Origin: Gemmata obscuriglobus
GTDB taxonomy: Bacteria; Planctomycetota; Planctomycetia; Gemmatales; Gemmataceae
Direction of reading: 5' to 3'
DNA length: 32,000 bases
Assembly (NCBI RefSeq): GCF_008065095.1
Contig: NZ_CP042911.1
Location: 1,140,001 to 1,172,000, forward strand
Position 1 is the stretch's first letter; each line of letters begins with the position of its first letter. The notes beneath the pieces were generated by a model that was not told the DNA's origin, made no database searches, and was given only the letters and a program-made list of their open reading frames with translations. A program made the translations under genes and the position numbers. This document shows positions 27,727 to 32,000 of the stretch, one piece after another.

Positions 27727-28554
27727 TTAGTGTGCGGTCTTCGCGACCTCTTCGGCGAACTGCTCGGCCTCGGCGTAGGGCACGAACCGGACGTGGAACG
27801 CCTCGAGTGTCTCGCGGAACCGCTTCTCGATGTCCGGTTCCGCGCCGCTGTCGGCGGACATCACCACCAGCCGCCCCGGGTGGTCGTCGATCGGCTTTTG
27901 GTGGATCAACTGGCCGTTAAACCCGAGTTTCGGGAGCCGGTCCTCGGCCCTGTTTCGGTCCGCGAGCGATTCCGCCCGGACGTAATTGGTGACGCCGTTC
28001 TGGTACGCCAACGACACCTCGAACGGGCGCCGCACGCCCGGCACCTTCAGCGGCTTCGGGCGCCACACCTTCCGCTCGGCTTCCAGCCGGCCGAACACCT
28101 CGGCCACGCGCGACGGGAGGGAAACGTGTTGGGGCGCGACGCGCTCTTTGATATCGGGGTCGCCGACCAGTTCGGCGTACAGCTCGTCGAACTCGGCCCG
28201 CGGGTCGGTGACGACGGCGAGCTTCGGCGGGGTCAGTCGCACCGTGTCGGCGCGGGTGGCTACGAAGTGCTCAAACTGCCCTTCGGTTTCCAACTCGGAG
28301 CGGGCGAGTTCGAGCCGGTGCTTCAGCGCCTCGACGTTGAGTTCCACCCGGCGGAGTTGCGTTTTGGACGGCTTGAAGAACTGGCGCACCCGTTCGAGTG
28401 TGGGCGACGTGCGCACGAGGACGCGCGCGGCGGGCGGGGCCGACGGGACGAACAGCACGACGCCGGCGTTCGCGCCCTCGGCCCGGCCGCTGTCGGGGAC
28501 GTACTGGATGATGCTGTAGAGCGTGCGAATGCGGTTCATGGGTGCCGTGGTCAC
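27727..28554 (-). CDS. DUF3037 domain protein (275 aa)
   Basis: YSIIQYVPDSGRAEGANAGVVLFVP matches the hallmark [YL]-x-Y-V-P-D-x3-E-x2-N-x-G-V-[VI]-L opening of DUF3037. The GTG start at 28554 overlaps the stop of the upstream remnant (GTGA; tcac at 28551-28554). An alternative ATG is at 28539. Confidence 0.8.
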   Translation of the reverse strand: MTTAPMNRIRTLYSIIQYVPDSGRAEGANAGVVLFVPSAPPAARVLVRTSPTLERVRQFFKPSKTQLRRVELNVEALKHRLELARSELETEGQFEHFVATRADTVRLTPPKLAVVTDPRAEFDELYAELVGDPDIKERVAPQHVSLPSRVAEVFGRLEAERKVWRPKPLKVPGVRRPFEVSLAYQNGVTNYVRAESLADRNRAEDRLPKLGFNGQLIHQKPIDDHPGRLVVMSADSGAEPDIEKRFRETLEAFHVRFVPYAEAEQFAEEVAKTAH

Positions 28555-28841
28555 GGGTTGGGAGTCGCCGCGACAGGGGAATCCGTGCGCCCGTCGAGAG
28601 GCCAGCCGTTGTGAATTCTAGTTGCCACGAACGCCGCCCGGCGAACGATCTGCTCGACCAGTGCGGCGCGGCCCGCGTCGGGCACGCCCCACGCGGGCGG
28701 TATCCGGTCCACGATACCCGCGACCGTTCCGCGGCGCAACGAGCTGAGGAACCCTTCGCACCACTCCCGCTCCTGGTACTCCAGCCCGTGGATCGAGACC
28801 AAGTGCCGTTGCGCCAGCGGAATACGCGGCCCGGTGAGGCT
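28551..28841 (-). pseudogene. 3'-terminal remnant (96 codons) of the gene that preceded the DUF3037 gene, possibly a HipA-like kinase
   Basis: The frame is open only from 28841, with an in-frame TAA at 28842-28844. There is no plausible start or RBS. The product ...LVSIHGLEYQEREW...IPPAWGVPDAGRAALVEQIVRRAAFV... reads like a real protein C-terminus. The stop is coupled (GTGA) to the DUF3037 start. Composition changes immediately upstream. Confidence 0.4.
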
Positions 28842-29172
28842 TTAGTGTGCGGGGCGGGCTGTCTGTGTGGAAGTGGTAGGGAGGGGAGTTACAGCGGGGC
28901 ACAACTCGCAATGTACCTCGTGCCATCAGCCGATATGCTGGGCGTGACTGTCGAGAGCGGCTATCTGCCGAAATACACTCCCGCTCCCCGGGTTCGCGCT
29001 TACGCCCGGTTACCTTGGAGTGGTGCCAACGGATTCCAAGTGCGGACGTCCGCACCGTGCCCAATTCGCGTTGTCTGACCGCAGGCGCGTCGGTATCTGG
29101 TGGCTATTCCGCTCAGACGGTGCGATTATTAAGGGGTGGAGGTCGGCAGTTGCAGTGCGAGGACACAGAGCC

Positions 29173-29910
29173 ATGAACGCGAGCGGGCAATATTCGAGGG
29201 CGCCGCTCATTGAGGCTGTACTCGACATCCAGGTGAGCTTGGCGCCAGACTTTCCGCTTGACAAGCTCCAGAATTGCCAAAAGCGAGTGAAGGCGGAATA
29301 CCCTGGGCGTAAAGAAACCCGGCTTCACCACGGCCATTTCGAGTTCGCCAATCAGAAGTCGCTGACCAGCACGTCAACGCACCCGCTTGGGTACCAGTTC
29401 GTGTCCGCGGACAAGAAGCAGGTTTTCCAGGCCAAACTCGACGGTTTCGCGTTCAACCGCCTGCGTCCCTATAATGGCTGGGATGAGTTCTTCGCTGAGG
29501 CTCGGCGCCTGTGGGAAGAGTACCGGCGCGTAACGAAGCCGAGTCGGTACAACCGCGTGTCGTTGCGGTACATCAACCGCTTCGACTTCCCGCACGCGAA
29601 CGTTAAGCTCGAAACGTATTTTAAGACGTTGCCGACGATTGCACCCGAGTTGCCGCAAGACTTGGGCGCCTACTTTTTTCAGGCAATTATTCCGCTTGAA
29701 GAAAATGGAACAACCGTTGCGATCACGCAGACAGCGGTCGAGCCTCCGGCCCAAGGGCAGGTCTCTGTCATCTTCGACCTCGATCTGTTTTGCACAGAAG
29801 GCATCGTGGGCGAGAATGACATTTGGCCAATTTTCGGTAAGCTTCAGAAGTGGAAGAATAAGGTTTTCGAGGCCTGTATTACCGAGGAAACGCGGAAGCT
29901 CATAAGCTAA
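29173..29910 (+). CDS. TIGR04255-like family protein (245 aa), unknown function
   Basis: ATG at 29173 with GAGG about 10 nt upstream. The opening Y-x-x-A-P-L-I-E-A-V-L-D-I-Q-V and the internal SLRYINRFDFP resemble the conserved blocks of TIGR04255 (from memory). It lies in a low-GC segment. Confidence 0.7.
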   Translation: MNASGQYSRAPLIEAVLDIQVSLAPDFPLDKLQNCQKRVKAEYPGRKETRLHHGHFEFANQKSLTSTSTHPLGYQFVSADKKQVFQAKLDGFAFNRLRPYNGWDEFFAEARRLWEEYRRVTKPSRYNRVSLRYINRFDFPHANVKLETYFKTLPTIAPELPQDLGAYFFQAIIPLEENGTTVAITQTAVEPPAQGQVSVIFDLDLFCTEGIVGENDIWPIFGKLQKWKNKVFEACITEETRKLIS

Positions 29911-30278
29911 TGGCCACTCTTTCCTCTACCCACCGGCCGCACTTGATGAGCCTTCCGGGCGCTCAGAATGATGCCGCCGAACGGGCTTCGCAAGCGTCGT
30001 ACCGTCGCTGGCGAACGGGACCGGTGAGCTTGGACGGCATGTTCCCGAGCAGCGAGCCTGCTGTGGTTGAGTTTACACCGAAGCCAATTGCTCACACGCC
30101 GGGCTTAATTGGCAGCTTACGAACATCCGTCGCAATGACGGTCGCAAGTCTAGCAATCGGTATTGGGCAATTCGTAGTCGGAGAGAACGCGCTCGCGGTG
30201 GGTTTTTTACTTCTGGCGGTAGTCGGAGTGATGACGACATCTTTTCTTCGCGGCGTTAGTAAGAGAAGATCAGCCTAA
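29910..30278 (+). CDS. small membrane protein, 2 predicted TM helices at the C-terminus (122 aa)
   Basis: The ATG overlaps the preceding stop (TAATG at 29908-29912). TM segments SVAMTVASLAIGIGQFVV and ALAVGFLLLAVVGVMTTSFL. Confidence 0.55.
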   Translation: MATLSSTHRPHLMSLPGAQNDAAERASQASYRRWRTGPVSLDGMFPSSEPAVVEFTPKPIAHTPGLIGSLRTSVAMTVASLAIGIGQFVVGENALAVGFLLLAVVGVMTTSFLRGVSKRRSA

Positions 30279-30294
30279 GCCCGTCCACGGCGTT

Positions 30295-30765
30295 ATGATG
30301 TCGCCCAACTCTTCGTTCAGGCTATTGCTGGTCGTTCTCACAGTGTGCGTGGCCGTTGCAGCCGCTGTGAGCCTTCTGCCACCCGAGCAATTGGCATTTT
30401 TCGAGAGCATACCTGCAAAACGCTGGCTGACCGGTTTCTTGGCAATCAATCTAGCTGCCGCGGCATCAATCGTTTACTTTTATCTCGTTTTGCCTTCGCC
30501 ACCCCGGTTCGCTTCCACAATGGCATTCCTGGGGATCGGAGTAATATCCGCCATGATTGCCGGGACCGCTCTGCGCCCGGACGAGTTCACGTTCGCTTTC
30601 AATCACGAGCGTGGCTTTCCTGAGCTAAAGGTGAAATTCGGTGGGCTGAACGGATGGAGCGTGCTCCTCGGCTTTGGATTGTTGCTCTTTATTTTCTTTA
30701 TCGTTCGATTTTATCCTGAGGAATACTACCGGCACTACAGGAAGTCATCCGTCACGGATAAGTAA
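30295..30765 (+). CDS. small integral membrane protein, 4 predicted TM helices (156 aa)
   Basis: Hydrophobic segments FRLLLVVLTVCVAVAAAVSLL, WLTGFLAINLAAAASIVYFYLVL, MAFLGIGVISAMIAGTAL and WSVLLGFGLLLFIFFIVRF. It starts 16 nt after the previous stop and uses AT-rich codons. Confidence 0.65.
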   Translation: MMSPNSSFRLLLVVLTVCVAVAAAVSLLPPEQLAFFESIPAKRWLTGFLAINLAAAASIVYFYLVLPSPPRFASTMAFLGIGVISAMIAGTALRPDEFTFAFNHERGFPELKVKFGGLNGWSVLLGFGLLLFIFFIVRFYPEEYYRHYRKSSVTDK

Positions 30766-31184
30766 AAGCGAATGAAAGAATAAGTTTCTCTTACCCCCGC
30801 GGGGACCGACCCACGCCGTTCACCACCACCGCCGTTGCGAGCACCTGGAACAAGTTGCTCTTCTCGTCCACGATCGGGCCGCAGTTGCTCACCTCACACA
30901 CGGCAACCTCGCTCACCCCTGCGAGTCGCTACCGGTTGAGCGGGATCGTCACGAGCCGGGGGGAACCCGGTGAGGTTCGCGGCCCGGTGTGCTTCTCGCC
31001 GTGGCTCCTCCCGTCCCCGAGCAGCATCACCGCGACCGGGTAGCCCCGCCCGTCCGCCCGTGTCCGCCGGCGGGTAGCGCGCCCATCACCGGCCCTCTTG
31101 CGTTGGAAGCGGCGTCAGTCGCACCGGGCTGCGTGCGGTGCCATCAGGTGAGTAGGGGGACGGTCCGCGCGGACACTGCGACCG

Positions 31185-31201
31185 CCCCCCCCCCCCCCCC
31201 C
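31185..31201. repeat. homopolymer tract, C17 (G17 on the minus strand)
   Basis: Counted directly: C at every position from 31185 to 31201. It is intergenic, 92 nt beyond the stop of the DUF1559 gene at 31293. Confidence 0.95.
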
Positions 31202-31292
31202 GCGGGCGATCCGGGCGCGTCCCGCGGGCACAGCGGTAACGGCCTTTTGCGGGCCGTTCGGGGGGCGGCACATTCGGGCCGCCGCCGCGGAG

Positions 31293-32000
31293 TCACCAAG
31301 TCGCGTCCGCGAAGTCGCCGCGGTCCGGGGTCATTGCGAACCACCACGCCGCAGCGGACACCCCTTCCGAGACGAACCGGACGCTCCCGTCCGCCAGCCC
31401 CCCGTGGATGCCGCCCGGGTGCTCTGCGCTGGCGTTCGTCATGCACACCGAAAGCTGTTTCGGCCAGCCGGAGCCGTTGACGGGGCGGATGTTCGTTTCG
31501 CAGTACGACTGGGTCGGCCGCACAACGAACTTGGCGGTCGAGTAGTCGACCGGCGTCTGCTGCTCGTTCACCGCCCCCGCGTCGTAGCCGAAGTGGCTCA
31601 CGTCGACCATGTTGGCGAAGATCATATTTCCCGCCAGCGAGGCCAGGTACGGGCGCTGGTACAGCTCCCCCGGTATCGCCCGTGCGAGCTTTTCCGACGT
31701 GATGAGCGTGTTCGAGGTGCCGTCGGGAATCCCCGCCGGGTACCGGCGGTACGAGATCGACTTGGGGTTGTACAGCCAGGGCTCGTTGCCCGGGGCGCTG
31801 GCGACCAGGAAATTCGTGGCGTAGCTGCCGAACGTGTGCAGCCCCTCAACGCCCCCGCTCGGGACGGTCGAGTCGACCGGGCAGGTGTACGCCGGGAACG
31901 GTTTGTTCGCCATCCCGGACCGCCCCGGGATCGACGGGTAACCGACGGTCCCGGGTTGCGCCCACGCGCACCGCGACACGATGTTGTAGTAAATCGGCCT
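31293..32000 (-). CDS. DUF1559 protein, C-terminal part; the gene continues past the window edge
   Basis: H-x9-DG signature HPGGIHGGLADGSVRFV near the C-terminus. The reading frame stays open from 31979 to position 32000 (RPIYYNIVSRCAW...), so the listed start at 31979 is not the real one. Confidence 0.85.
   Translation of the reverse strand, partial: RPIYYNIVSRCAWAQPGTVGYPSIPGRSGMANKPFPAYTCPVDSTVPSGGVEGLHTFGSYATNFLVASAPGNEPWLYNPKSISYRRYPAGIPDGTSNTLITSEKLARAIPGELYQRPYLASLAGNMIFANMVDVSHFGYDAGAVNEQQTPVDYSTAKFVVRPTQSYCETNIRPVNGSGWPKQLSVCMTNASAEHPGGIHGGLADGSVRFVSEGVSAAAWWFAMTPDRGDFADATW

Noticed and set aside
28618-29064. The 148-aa minus-strand ORF upstream of the DUF3037 locus, considered as the missing kinase N-terminus.
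   Set aside because: It is in a different frame from the remnant, its translation is Arg/Gly/Pro-rich and motif-free, and it overlaps the remnant's real-looking frame.
30790-31130. A possible degraded transposase or other gene remnant on the minus strand (for example GYPVAVMLLGDGRSHGEKHTG...LVTIPLNR-stop-RLAGVSEVAVCEVSNCGPIVDEKSNLFQVLATAVVV).
   Set aside because: It is interrupted by a stop, has no start, and only vaguely resembles DDE-transposase blocks. I cannot support a family assignment without a database search. It may still be worth a translated search, because it borders the low-GC island.

Overview
This is a 32-kb, high-GC chromosomal segment. Hand counts of typical 60-nt lines give about 38-46 G+C. 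It looks planctomycetal, most like Gemmataceae. It carries three DUF1559 'prepilin-like / H-x9-DG' genes, a DUF1549/DUF1553 gene, a membrane Ser/Thr kinase with an LRR-like tail, an isolated flgG, and three tandem members of the 'MTEAEWL...ADALQDAGCD...RGCWVVD' family. I support about 27 CDS, one gene remnant and one apparently intact ~1.08-kb IS (DDE transposase, 19-bp terminal IRs). I found no rRNA, tRNA or CRISPR array. Most intergenic spacers contain members of at least six families of long palindromic or dispersed repeats. The main findings are as follows. (i) At 1136-5791 there is a 1299-aa protein with WD40, Roc-type GTPase, COR-like, Zn-ribbon and metallophosphoesterase regions. A divergently transcribed 128-aa protein shares an ungapped 28-aa Gly/Ser/Val motif (17/28 identical) with the linker just before the phosphoesterase domain. 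I read this as a candidate NLR-like, GTPase-switched conflict or signalling pair. (ii) At 28842-30790 there is a low-GC island with a translationally coupled TIGR04255-like gene plus two small membrane proteins. It sits exactly where the gene upstream of a DUF3037 gene has been truncated. (iii) At 8141-11135 there is an array of three paralogs with conserved termini and divergent cores. (iv) An 81-bp perfect inverted repeat pair brackets a 99-aa ORF. All family assignments come from motif recognition by eye, because no searches could be run.
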